Positions 27,455 through 36,978 of a stretch of 64,000 nt of DNA are shown piece by piece. The translations under genes were made by a program, and so were the position numbers. Below the pieces are notes generated by a model. That model had not been told where the DNA came from, did not search any database, and was given only the letters and a program-made list of their open reading frames with translations. How positions within the stretch are numbered: the first letter of the stretch is position 1; the number at the start of each line of letters is the position of its first letter. The stretch is from an uncultured Desulfatitalea sp. (GTDB lineage: Bacteria; Desulfobacterota; Desulfobacteria; Desulfobacterales; Desulfosarcinaceae): assembly GCA_963668675.2 (NCBI GenBank), contig CAXXMB010000002.1, forward strand, positions 1,120,001 through 1,184,000. The letters run 5' to 3'.

Positions 27455-30196
27455 ATGAGCACGAAACAGTGGGTCTTCCTTTTTGATGAACTCGATCAGG
27501 CCATGCAGTATGTGAACAACGATTGGGAGGAGCTGAGAGGCCTCTTTGGCGGCAAGGGGGCCAACCTGGCCGATATGCACCGGATCGGCGTACCGGTTCC
27601 CCCCGGATTCACGGTCACCACCGAAGCGTGCAACACCTATCTGTCGGGCGGCGGGGTCTTTCCGGACGGCATGTGGGATCAGGAGATGCAAGCCCTGATG
27701 GCAATCGAAAAGGCCACCGGCAAAACCTTTGGCGATGCCGGCGACCCACTGTTGGTTTCATGCCGTTCCGGGGCCAAATTCTCCATGCCTGGCATGATGG
27801 ATACCGTCCTGAACATCGGCCTCAACGATGAAACGGCCAAAGGTATGATCCAACACACCCAGGACCCGCGGTTTGTCTTCGATGCCTACCGCCGCCTGAT
27901 CCAGATGTTCGGTTCGGTGGTCATGAACATTCCGGACGAGGCGTTCGAAACCGCCATCGAAAAAATGAAGCGAGTTTCCGGCGTTTCAACCGATGCCGAA
28001 TTGACCGCGGAGAACTGGCAAACCCTCACCAACCAGTTTAAAACCATTTTCCGCAGTCACACCCAGGTCGACTTTCCCCAGAACCCCATCGAACAGCTTA
28101 AGATGGCCACCGAAGCAGTCTTTAAAAGCTGGAACGGCAAACGGGCCAGGGATTACCGCAATGCAGCCGGCATCGCCCATGATCTGGGCACCGCCGTTAA
28201 CATCGTGACGATGGTGTTCGGCAACATGGGCGACGACAGTGCTACCGGCGTGGCCATGACCCGCAATGGCGCCACCGGCGACCCCAAGCTGGAAGGCGAC
28301 TACCTGATCAATGCCCAGGGCGAAGATGTGGTGGCCGGTATCCGTATCACCAAAGAGATCGATCACATGGCCGACGAGATGCCCCGGGCCTATGAAGAGC
28401 TCCAGCGCATTGCCAAGACCCTGGAGAAACACTACCGCGACATGCAGGACCTGGAGTTTACCATCGAAAAGGGAAAACTCTGGATGTTGCAAACCCGCGA
28501 CGGCAAACGCACCGCCCAGGCCGCCGTGCGCATCGCAGTGGACATGGCCGAAGAGGGCCTGATCACCCATGAAGAGGCCGTGGCACGTGTCTCGCCAGAG
28601 CAGGTCGATTTCTTCCTCCATCCCCAGTTCGATACCCAGGCCATCGCTCAAGCCAGATCCGAAGGCAAAGTGCTCGCCCGCGGTTTGAACGTATCCCCCG
28701 GGGCGGCCGTTGGCAAAGTGGCCTTCGATGCCGACCTTGCGGAATCGTGGGCCAAGGAGCAAGGCCGCCAGGTGCTGATGGTGCGCCCTGAAACCAAACC
28801 AGACGACGTCCACGGTATGCTCGCGGCCAACGGTATTTTGACCAGCCGGGGCGGCCGGACCAGCCATGCCGCATTGGTGGCCCGCCAGTTCGGCAAACCG
28901 GCCATTGTTGGGGTATCGGCCTTGCATATCGACTTGAACAAACGACGGATGGGGGTGGGCGACCGTGTTATCCAAGAGGGCGATTGGCTCTCCCTTGACG
29001 GCAACACCGGTGAAGTCTATCTCGGACAGCTAAAGACCATGGTGCCGGATATCAAGGACCCCTGGCTGATCAAGCTGCTCTCTTGGGCCGATGAGATCCG
29101 CACACTAGGGGTGTGGGCCAATGCCGACTATCCCGCAGACGCACAGAGGGCGAAGGATTATGGCGCCGAGGGAATCGGACTCTGCCGGTCGGAACACATG
29201 TTTTTTGAAAGCGAACGACTGCCTCATGTGCAGAAAATGATCATGGCCCGTCTGCCCTTCGACCGCCGGGAGGCCCTCAACGCCCTGCTCCCGTTCCAGA
29301 GGGAGGACTTTGCCGGGCTGTTTCGGGTGATGGATGGATTGCCGGTGATCATACGGCTCATCGATCCGCCCCTGCACGAATTTCTGCCGGACCTGGTCGA
29401 ACTGATCAATGAACTGGCCGATCTCAAAATGCGAGTGAAACACGCCCCCAACTTGGCCGAAATCGACAGCCTGCTCCAGGAGATTCAACGCAAAGAGCTG
29501 ATCCGGCGCCAGGCCGAACAGCTGCGCGAACAGAACCCCATGCTTGGTCTGCGCGGGGTTCGGCTGGGAATACTCATTCCGGAACTGACCACCATGCAGG
29601 TGAGGGCCGTTTTCGAGGCGGCCTGTGAAGTGGCGCAGGAAGGGATCAGGGTGCTGCCCAAGGTGATGATCCCCCTGACCAGCCACGTCAATGAGCTAAA
29701 GGTGCAACTCGACGTCCTCGAAGCTGAGGCGCGCAAGGTGATGGCTGAAAACAACGCTGAAATCGCTTACAAATTCGGAACCATGATCGAACTGCCGCGC
29801 GCCGCCCTGACCGCCGACCAGATCGCTAAACATGCCCAATTCTTCTCGTTCGGCACCAACGACCTGACCCAGACCACCTACGGCATCTCACGCGACGACG
29901 CCGAGGCCGGATTCCTGATTGCATATCTGAATCGGGGGATCCTGCCAGATAATCCGTTCGCCACCCTGGACCGGGATGGTGTCGCGGAGCTGATGCGCAT
30001 CGCTATCACCAAGGGACGCCAGGTGCGAAGCGACATGGAGTGCGGCATCTGCGGTGAACACGGCGGCGACCCCAGATCGATCGAAATCTGCCACGAATTG
30101 GGACTCAGCTATGTATCGTGCTCGCCCTTTCGCGTGCCCATCGCCAGACTGGCGGCTGCCCACGCTGCGCTGAAGGAAAAGAAGGCAAAACGATAA
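27455..30196 (+). CDS. ppdK: Pyruvate, phosphate dikinase
   Basis: GGKGANLA, SCRSGAKFSMPGMMDT, GGRTSHAA, GIGLCRSEHM, SFGTNDLTQ, GICGEHGGDP. Confidence 0.97.
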   Translation: MSTKQWVFLFDELDQAMQYVNNDWEELRGLFGGKGANLADMHRIGVPVPPGFTVTTEACNTYLSGGGVFPDGMWDQEMQALMAIEKATGKTFGDAGDPLLVSCRSGAKFSMPGMMDTVLNIGLNDETAKGMIQHTQDPRFVFDAYRRLIQMFGSVVMNIPDEAFETAIEKMKRVSGVSTDAELTAENWQTLTNQFKTIFRSHTQVDFPQNPIEQLKMATEAVFKSWNGKRARDYRNAAGIAHDLGTAVNIVTMVFGNMGDDSATGVAMTRNGATGDPKLEGDYLINAQGEDVVAGIRITKEIDHMADEMPRAYEELQRIAKTLEKHYRDMQDLEFTIEKGKLWMLQTRDGKRTAQAAVRIAVDMAEEGLITHEEAVARVSPEQVDFFLHPQFDTQAIAQARSEGKVLARGLNVSPGAAVGKVAFDADLAESWAKEQGRQVLMVRPETKPDDVHGMLAANGILTSRGGRTSHAALVARQFGKPAIVGVSALHIDLNKRRMGVGDRVIQEGDWLSLDGNTGEVYLGQLKTMVPDIKDPWLIKLLSWADEIRTLGVWANADYPADAQRAKDYGAEGIGLCRSEHMFFESERLPHVQKMIMARLPFDRREALNALLPFQREDFAGLFRVMDGLPVIIRLIDPPLHEFLPDLVELINELADLKMRVKHAPNLAEIDSLLQEIQRKELIRRQAEQLREQNPMLGLRGVRLGILIPELTTMQVRAVFEAACEVAQEGIRVLPKVMIPLTSHVNELKVQLDVLEAEARKVMAENNAEIAYKFGTMIELPRAALTADQIAKHAQFFSFGTNDLTQTTYGISRDDAEAGFLIAYLNRGILPDNPFATLDRDGVAELMRIAITKGRQVRSDMECGICGEHGGDPRSIEICHELGLSYVSCSPFRVPIARLAAAHAALKEKKAKR

Positions 30197-30336
30197 TCAA
30201 ACGTGCAATCTGTTTTTTTGGGAGGGGTAATCCCTCGGTGCCTGCGCAAAGCATTCAAGTGGGGTCGCAGGCACCGAACGGATAGGCGGGAAAGTGGGAA
30301 TCGTGGGGCAGCGGGTTCAGCACCCCATACCTATCT

Positions 30337-30516
30337 CTATGTGATATCTTTCGATGGAGATATCTTATCCTGTCCACTGGTGATATCCTGAGCCGCCTTG
30401 AGCTCCTCACGGTTCACCATTTTAAAAAATCGGCGCTCCTTTCGAACGTTTCTACAATGATTACAGATATCTACATGACTTACCGGTACCCCACAAATTT
30501 TACAGCGATTACCCAT
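30337..30516 (-). CDS. 59-aa CxxC...CxxC zinc-finger-like microprotein (not in ORF track)
   Basis: GAGGAGG RBS 4 nt before ATG; MGNRCKICGVPVSHVDICNHCRNVRKERRFFKMVNREELKAAQDITSGQDKISPSKDIT*. Confidence 0.7.
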   Translation of the reverse strand: MGNRCKICGVPVSHVDICNHCRNVRKERRFFKMVNREELKAAQDITSGQDKISPSKDIT

Positions 30517-30839
30517 TGGGCCTCCTCTCTTTTTTAAGTTGTCTTTTCATTGAATAAACGGAGAAACCCGTTTAAAGAACGCAGCCGGAAAAATCGGCGG
30601 TTTCGATCAATGGAAACATAAGTGTATTATAAAGAGAACAGGTTGTCAAGTAAGGCGTATATTATCACTCGAAGAAGCGCCACAAGAGACCGTTTATATT
30701 CCTATCACCCTATAAAAACACTCTATTCAAGGATTATAGAGATGGCCTCGCCACATATTGCCTTATCAATTGAACTTGCGCTGTTATATTCTTGCAGAAT
30801 ACCAATTGCCAAGGATACACAGCACTTGACACGATAAAG

Positions 30840-31904
30840 TTATTGGACAGAGAGGTCTGCCGGGTAGCTCCCCAGCCGCTTGACGGTGATGGACATCTGG
30901 TCCAACTGCTCGAAGACACGTTTCACGCGGTCATCCTGCATCCCACCCTCAAAGTCGAGGAAAAAACTGTAGTTGCCTGGATCGGAACGCAATGGCATTG
31001 AGGCGATGCGGGTCAGGTTGATCTCCTCTTCGGCAAATAGCCGCAGTACATTGAACAGTTGTCCGGCCTCATGAGCAGTGGCAAAGATGATCGACGTCTT
31101 TTCGCCGCTGCCCCCATATGGGTCACGCGACAGCAGCAGGAACCGCGTCGAGTTGGCGGTGCCGTCGGCAATGCCCTGGGCAATGATGGCAAGGTCATAC
31201 AGCTCCGAGCAGAGACTGCTGGCAATGGCCGCCGCAGCCCGTGGGTTGTCGCGGGCCAGCATTTTAGCTGCACCGGCAGTGTCGTAAAAGGGGCGCGCCT
31301 CCAACTTGTTCTTGAGCAGAAACCGTTGACACTGGGCCAGGGCCTGGGGATGGGAGTAGACCACCCGGATCTCACTCACCGCCACGGGAGCCGTGGCCAA
31401 CAGGCAGTGTTTGACCCCCACCCGGGTCTCTCCGATCACTTTCAGCCCGGTGCTGGTGAGCAGGTCGTTCACCTGGGTGACGGCGCCCTCCAGGGAATTC
31501 TCCACCGGTACCACACCCAGGTCGAAATAGCCCTCCTGCACCCCCTGAAACACATCGACAAACTCCATGCATGGGATATAGGCCCCCCCGGGGGCCAGTT
31601 TGCGGCAGGCCACTTCGCCATAGGCCCCGGCCTCCCCTTGGAAAGCCACCAGTTTGCGATCCTGTTCCTGGAGACGCTTGCTCTCTTCAATTATGGTGCG
31701 CAGCAGTTGACGGGCAAACGATCTCTCCACAAGATCGAGGTTCATCCGCTCCGGCCGGGCCAGAACTGTCTCTTCGCGCTTGGAATCCATCACTTCGGAT
31801 TTAAACTTCTTGGCCCGGATGGCCATTCCCATGCGTTCCTGCAGCAACACAAGCAGCTGACGATCGATCTTATCGATTTTACTTCTAATCTCTTCCAGTT
31901 TCAT
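30840..31904 (-). CDS. pheA: Chorismate mutase / prephenate dehydratase
   Basis: LEEIRSKIDKID, VAFQGEAGAYGE, PVENSLEG, SHPQALAQC, NSTRF, C-terminal ACT domain. Confidence 0.93.
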   Translation of the reverse strand: MKLEEIRSKIDKIDRQLLVLLQERMGMAIRAKKFKSEVMDSKREETVLARPERMNLDLVERSFARQLLRTIIEESKRLQEQDRKLVAFQGEAGAYGEVACRKLAPGGAYIPCMEFVDVFQGVQEGYFDLGVVPVENSLEGAVTQVNDLLTSTGLKVIGETRVGVKHCLLATAPVAVSEIRVVYSHPQALAQCQRFLLKNKLEARPFYDTAGAAKMLARDNPRAAAAIASSLCSELYDLAIIAQGIADGTANSTRFLLLSRDPYGGSGEKTSIIFATAHEAGQLFNVLRLFAEEEINLTRIASMPLRSDPGNYSFFLDFEGGMQDDRVKRVFEQLDQMSITVKRLGSYPADLSVQ

Positions 31905-32118
31905 CGTTGTTCGCTCCACGTCGTATGTTTCGGGAGGGGAATATTCACTTGAATGGTGATCGCTTTTTGGATTTTTTGTGCATAACATGGGAGTGCTACG
32001 AACACAATCCCAAGCGCATCGGACCGATTGCCAAGGTCTCACATGGGCAGACACTGGTGGCCGGTATCAACCGACAGCCCACGAGGAACCTTAACAGAGC
32101 CCAAAGGGAGATAGCAGC

Positions 32119-32319
32119 ATGCCGTTCGTCAATATCAAGATTACCAATGATGGGGTCACAGCCGAAAAGAAGGCCGAATTGATCAAAGGCGCGACCGATC
32201 TGCTCGTGTCGGTTCTGGGAAAGAATCCCAGAACCACGGTGGTGGTGATCGAAGAGATCGATACGGACAACTGGGGAATCGGTGGCGAAACCGTCACCAC
32301 CCTGCGGAAAACAACATAG
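32119..32319 (+). CDS. 4-oxalocrotonate tautomerase family protein
   Basis: Catalytic Pro1 (MPFVNIKI), EKKAELI, NWGIGG. Confidence 0.9.
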   Translation: MPFVNIKITNDGVTAEKKAELIKGATDLLVSVLGKNPRTTVVVIEEIDTDNWGIGGETVTTLRKTT

Positions 32320-32327
32320 GGATGCGA

Positions 32328-32357
32328 CAGGCACAGCCCACAGAGGGGCTGTGCCTG
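32328..32357. terminator. Stem-loop between the convergent tautomerase and hup genes
   Basis: CAGGCACAGCCC-acagag-GGGCTGTGCCTG. Confidence 0.6.
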
Positions 32358-32505
32358 CTGATCACTTACGGGCACTGGCCGTTCAATTGACAGGGAAGTA
32401 TCGGGAGAAAATTCAGTATATGCCCAAAGGATCCAGGCCAGGCTCAGAAGCAGAAACGCTTCGTATCATTCGCTTTCAGCCAGGCGTTGGATTGCGAATA
32501 AGGAA

Positions 32506-32775
32506 CTAATTGACAGCGTCTTTGAGTGCTTTGCCCGGTACGAACTTGGGGACATTGCGCGCCGGGATCTGAATCTCAGCACCACTTTGGGGATTACGGC
32601 CGGTGCGGGCTTTGCGCTCGCTCACCTTAAATGTACCAAATCCTGAAATCTGGACCGAATCGCGCTTGGCAAGTGCCCCTGATATCGCTTCAAGAACACA
32701 GTCAACCGCCTCCTTGGCCTGCTTCTGGGTGCCTACGATGTCAGCAACTTTACCAATTAAATCAGCTTTGTTCAT
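32506..32775 (-). CDS. hup: DNA-binding protein HU
   Basis: MNKADLI, GFGTF, RKARTGRNPQ, PKFVPGKALKDAV; GAGGAGG RBS. Confidence 0.95.
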   Translation of the reverse strand: MNKADLIGKVADIVGTQKQAKEAVDCVLEAISGALAKRDSVQISGFGTFKVSERKARTGRNPQSGAEIQIPARNVPKFVPGKALKDAVN

Positions 32776-33086
32776 GGAATCTCCTCCTCTTTTTCGTTTG
32801 GATTGGGATGCTATTGTGGGCTATGGCCGTTTTCGTTTTCCGGCCGTGCCGTTTCAGGTGCACCGGGCTCTGTTCAGCAGAGTCCGTGGGTGCGTGCCAT
32901 TTTCCGGCAAGATGAAGTGCGCGCTTACCAGGCGCAATGGAAAGAGTAATAACCATTCATCGCATTGGGTGAAGGGTGCTTTCATTTACCTATACTGGCA
33001 GAAATATTCAAGCCCAAATGCTTTGACAACTGCAAAAAATCCAAATAGGGGTCATATCTCTCGACACCCCAGCGAAGGCCCCGTTC

Positions 33087-33590
33087 ATGATCCGACTGCG
33101 TAACGCACTGGAATCACAATGCCACCAATGGCTCTCCCATGGCCTGCCGTCGCGCGAGCGGCTAACGCAGGCGGCTGAGGAACTCAAGCAATGGAAAGCG
33201 CAAAACGGCGTAACCGGAATCTGGTCCACCGCCCCGCTGCTGCTGACCGCAACCCTGGACGATGGCATCGGGCAGGGGATCGACCTCATACAGCTCTTCT
33301 CGGACGTGATCGGAATGAAGGTCAAACCCCTCGGGCTGCTGCAGCCGCCCGAGCAGATTGTGGCTGCCTGCCTTAACGAGCAACCCGCCTTCCTGGGACT
33401 CACCGTACTCCAAATGGACAGTGAAGCGGATCTATCCTATATCGGAGAGCGAATACCTCCTCAGACGCGCATAGTCGCCGGGGGGCCTGCCTTTCGATAC
33501 GACCCCGAGATGGCGGAACGCTGTGGTGTGCACTATGTCGCCGCCAACGTGGCCGATTACATGAACTTCCTATTGAATTTGAATATTTAG
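33087..33590 (+). CDS. Cobalamin-binding-domain-like protein lacking the DxHxxG His
   Basis: LTATLDDGIGQG, LGL.QPPEQIV, LGLTV, IVAGG. Confidence 0.65.
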   Translation: MIRLRNALESQCHQWLSHGLPSRERLTQAAEELKQWKAQNGVTGIWSTAPLLLTATLDDGIGQGIDLIQLFSDVIGMKVKPLGLLQPPEQIVAACLNEQPAFLGLTVLQMDSEADLSYIGERIPPQTRIVAGGPAFRYDPEMAERCGVHYVAANVADYMNFLLNLNI

Positions 33591-33745
33591 CCCAATGCTG
33601 GTATCGTTAGAGACCAACATGGGCACCAGGTGAATCAAACAGATGCGTATGGCCACACCAGAGAATCGACTGCTTTTCCGGACCAGTTGCGCCAAAGGCC
33701 AATAAGTATCGCGCGGTAGCGTCAAACGAGAGTTTGGAAGCTGAG

Positions 33746-35629
33746 ATGGATAAGCAAGCCTCTCCCCCCTCGCTCTTCGGCAAGGCCGTATTAAACGGCA
33801 GGCAACGCATAGAGATCGAACTGATCCAGTTGATGTTCGGTCAATCCGGTATAGGCATTGCGGCGACCGCGGTCAACGGTGTGATAGTCGCCTATATCAT
33901 GCGGCATCAATTTGAGCGTGGTATCGTCATTGGCTGGCTGGTCGCTATTATGACCGTCACCATCATCCGCCTCTCTCTCTTCATCTCTTTTCAGCGAAGG
34001 GAGAGAATCGATGCCAAAGTGCTCGTTTGGGGCCGCTGGAACATCGCCACCCTATCTCTTTCAGGGGTTTTGTGGGGCATCACGCCCTGGATGCTCTTCC
34101 CCCCCGAATCCGTTGCCCACCAGTTCTTCCTAGTCGTCGTATTGTGCGGCATGGTAGCCGGTGCAAGCATCGCATTTGCCATATTGAACAAGGCCTTCCT
34201 GGCCTTTTCCGTTCCTACCATGCTGCCGCTCTTTGTGCGGTTGATCATCATACCCGATGAGTTGCACCTCCTGATGGCCGCCATGAGTCTGTTCTCCTGG
34301 AGCCTCTGCTATATGATTGCCCGTAATCTGAGACGAACGCGGATGCAACTGCTGAGACTCAAAGAAGACCTATCCGACCGGGTGGCCGAACGGACAGCCG
34401 ACTTGGAGCGGGCCAACGCCCGCCTGAGGGCTGAAAACGAACATCGCGTGCGCATGGAAAAGGCGTTGCGTAAAGAGCACGATCTTCTCGAGGAATCGAA
34501 AAAATTTCAGGCTGTTGCCACCTTGGCGGGTGGCATGGCGCATCAATTCAATAACGCATTGTCCGTCATCATGGGCAATGCAGAGCTGCTACAGCACGAT
34601 CACGGTCACAAAACCGACATCAACCGAAACCTCGTGCCGGTCTTGCGTGCCGCGAAAAGAATGTCCGACCTGACCGATCAACTGCTGGCCTACGCCAAAG
34701 GCGGCAAATACAAAGCCAAACCACACGATCTGAAAGCCTTTCTCAGCGACACGGTGGCGATCCTGGAGCACACCCTGCCTTCCGGGGTGAAGGTCGTCAC
34801 GGAGTTGGATGAACAACCGGCCTTTGCAAAGATTGACACCACCCAGATGCAGATGGCCATCACGGCGATTGTGGCCAACTCGGTAGAGGCCCTGCCATCC
34901 GGCGGCCGGATTCGAGTCCGTTGCAGCCGGCAGCAGATCGGACCCTCTGATGGGGGCCAATATGGACCGTTACCGCCAGGGGATTACCTGGTGTTGACCG
35001 TCGCCGATGATGGCGCCGGCATGACCCGGGAGACACTGACCCGTATTTTCGAACCCTTTTTCACCACCAAATTTCAGGGGCGCGGATTGGGGATGGCGGC
35101 TGTCTATGGCATCATCGAAAACCATGGCGGATCGGTTTCGGTCACCTCCCAATCCGGTCAAGGGACAAAGGTGAGCATCTATCTACCCGAAGCAGCCCCG
35201 CCGGAAGCACCCCGGCCAGAAGGATCGCCTTCAACGGCCAAGAGCCATGCAACCGTACTGTTGGTCGAAGATGAAGAGATGGTCATAGAGATCAATGAAG
35301 CCATTTTGGAGCGCCTGGGTTATGCGGTGCTCTGTGCACGCAACGGCAGGGAGGCCGAAAAGATTCTGATCGCCAAAGAACCCACGATCGATTTAATTCT
35401 GTTGGATATAAAACTGCCCGACATGGATGGTTCCGCCATCTACCCCATTGCAAAACAGCATCGGCCCAACGCTAAAATAGTCATCTGCAGCGGCTATGCC
35501 CTCGACGGCCCCACCCAGGCCTTGATGGACCAGGGTGCCGACGGTTTCATCCACAAACCGTTCTCCATCAGCGTCATCTCAGACACTATCGATCGACTGC
35601 TCTTCGGCACCGAGTCCCCTGAAGCATAA
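33746..35629 (+). CDS. Membrane-bound hybrid histidine kinase/receiver
   Basis: Multi-TM N-terminus; LAGGMAHQFNN, DDGAGM, PFFTTK, GLGM; receiver LLVEDE...LLD...KPF. Confidence 0.9.
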   Translation: MDKQASPPSLFGKAVLNGRQRIEIELIQLMFGQSGIGIAATAVNGVIVAYIMRHQFERGIVIGWLVAIMTVTIIRLSLFISFQRRERIDAKVLVWGRWNIATLSLSGVLWGITPWMLFPPESVAHQFFLVVVLCGMVAGASIAFAILNKAFLAFSVPTMLPLFVRLIIIPDELHLLMAAMSLFSWSLCYMIARNLRRTRMQLLRLKEDLSDRVAERTADLERANARLRAENEHRVRMEKALRKEHDLLEESKKFQAVATLAGGMAHQFNNALSVIMGNAELLQHDHGHKTDINRNLVPVLRAAKRMSDLTDQLLAYAKGGKYKAKPHDLKAFLSDTVAILEHTLPSGVKVVTELDEQPAFAKIDTTQMQMAITAIVANSVEALPSGGRIRVRCSRQQIGPSDGGQYGPLPPGDYLVLTVADDGAGMTRETLTRIFEPFFTTKFQGRGLGMAAVYGIIENHGGSVSVTSQSGQGTKVSIYLPEAAPPEAPRPEGSPSTAKSHATVLLVEDEEMVIEINEAILERLGYAVLCARNGREAEKILIAKEPTIDLILLDIKLPDMDGSAIYPIAKQHRPNAKIVICSGYALDGPTQALMDQGADGFIHKPFSISVISDTIDRLLFGTESPEA

Positions 35630-35653
35630 GACCTGGATCAAAATAAGCCGTTC

Positions 35654-36655
35654 TCAGACGATCTCCTTGAAGTACATGGCCACACCCGGCGAAGCGGCCT
35701 GACGCAGCCGGTACTCCGGGCGATGGCAACGTTCGAATCCCAGCGTCTGGTAGAGCTTCTCCAGATTGGGATTGTTGGTCAAAGAGATAAACCGTGTCAC
35801 CCCCTTCTGGTGTAACGCTTCGACAAAGGCCTGCACGGTGAACACCCCCACCCTCTGGTTGCGGAATCGGGTGGAGATTGCAAGGGCGGCGATCTCTACG
35901 GTGTGTGTATCGATCTGCTTCTTCTCAGCGCAGCCCACGACGATGTCGTCTATGGTGGTCACGTAGAAGTTGTCCCTCTGTTCGACCAGGTACGCCTTGG
36001 TCCTCGGTTTCAGATACCCTTCGCTCTTATAGAGCTTGAGGATGCCGTCGATGAGACGCACCTCATCTTCCGTGGCCACCGGCTGGAACCGCTCGATAAA
36101 GTTATTGGCGATGAGCGTCCCCACCCCTTCGATGGTGAAAAGTTCGTGCTTGATGGCATTCTTGCCGGCCGGGAGAATAAAGACGCGTTCATAATGGCCG
36201 CTGTCGATTCGAACACAGATGCGCTCCAGAACACCTTTGAAATTGGTGTTGGCAATCAAATCCCCCCAGGTCGTGATACTCCGGCGCACTCCCTGGGTCG
36301 TAAGCGCGGAGATCTTGTTGCCCTCATGGTCGACCAGGGCCTTTCGCTCCAAAAAAATCAGCTTGTGCACATTCTCTTCGTGATCGAGGACGTAGGTATA
36401 AAAATCGACGTCCGAAGGGACCCTGACGATGCGGGTCTCTGGAAGACGGCCTTCCAGAAGCCGGAAGTACTTCTGATTGGCAAAACGGTTAGCGATATTG
36501 TGATAGAGCGCGGTGCGTATATTGTTGCGGCTCAGCAGCTTGAGATCGGAAATCACGGCGTTGAGATTGTCGCGCAGTATCCCCTCCCTGCAGGCGATGC
36601 AGACGGTTTTTCCTTCCAAGGCGCGGGTGTACTCTTCGATATATAGCCGTGGCAT
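35654..36655 (-). CDS. ArgA-like protein (degenerate AAK domain + GNAT acetyltransferase)
   Basis: ELFTIEGVGTLI linker; GYLKPR, VVGCA, EIAALAI...FRNQRVG, LYQTLGF. Confidence 0.65.
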   Translation of the reverse strand: MPRLYIEEYTRALEGKTVCIACREGILRDNLNAVISDLKLLSRNNIRTALYHNIANRFANQKYFRLLEGRLPETRIVRVPSDVDFYTYVLDHEENVHKLIFLERKALVDHEGNKISALTTQGVRRSITTWGDLIANTNFKGVLERICVRIDSGHYERVFILPAGKNAIKHELFTIEGVGTLIANNFIERFQPVATEDEVRLIDGILKLYKSEGYLKPRTKAYLVEQRDNFYVTTIDDIVVGCAEKKQIDTHTVEIAALAISTRFRNQRVGVFTVQAFVEALHQKGVTRFISLTNNPNLEKLYQTLGFERCHRPEYRLRQAASPGVAMYFKEIV

Positions 36656-36978
36656 TTTTTCTGCCGCACTCCTCCGTGGCGTTCCTAACTCGCGGCCCTC
36701 GCCGCACAACCAAATATTTCAGACTATCATAAAAGAAATTTAAATCGCAAGCTTAGGACATACAGAAGAAGGAATTGGGAACATCGGCGGCTGACTGGGG
36801 AAAGGGGTATTGACCCGTTTGAATTGGATGCGTAAAATATGCGTTCGGATATAGATTCGATTTTCAGGGAAGCACCATGCCACTTCTGCAGGCAGGGGTG
36901 AAACGGATTCGATTCGGACGTTTTCTGCCTGATCACTTGCCAAACGCTAAAAGCCATACAAGAGGAGAATGAACCATC

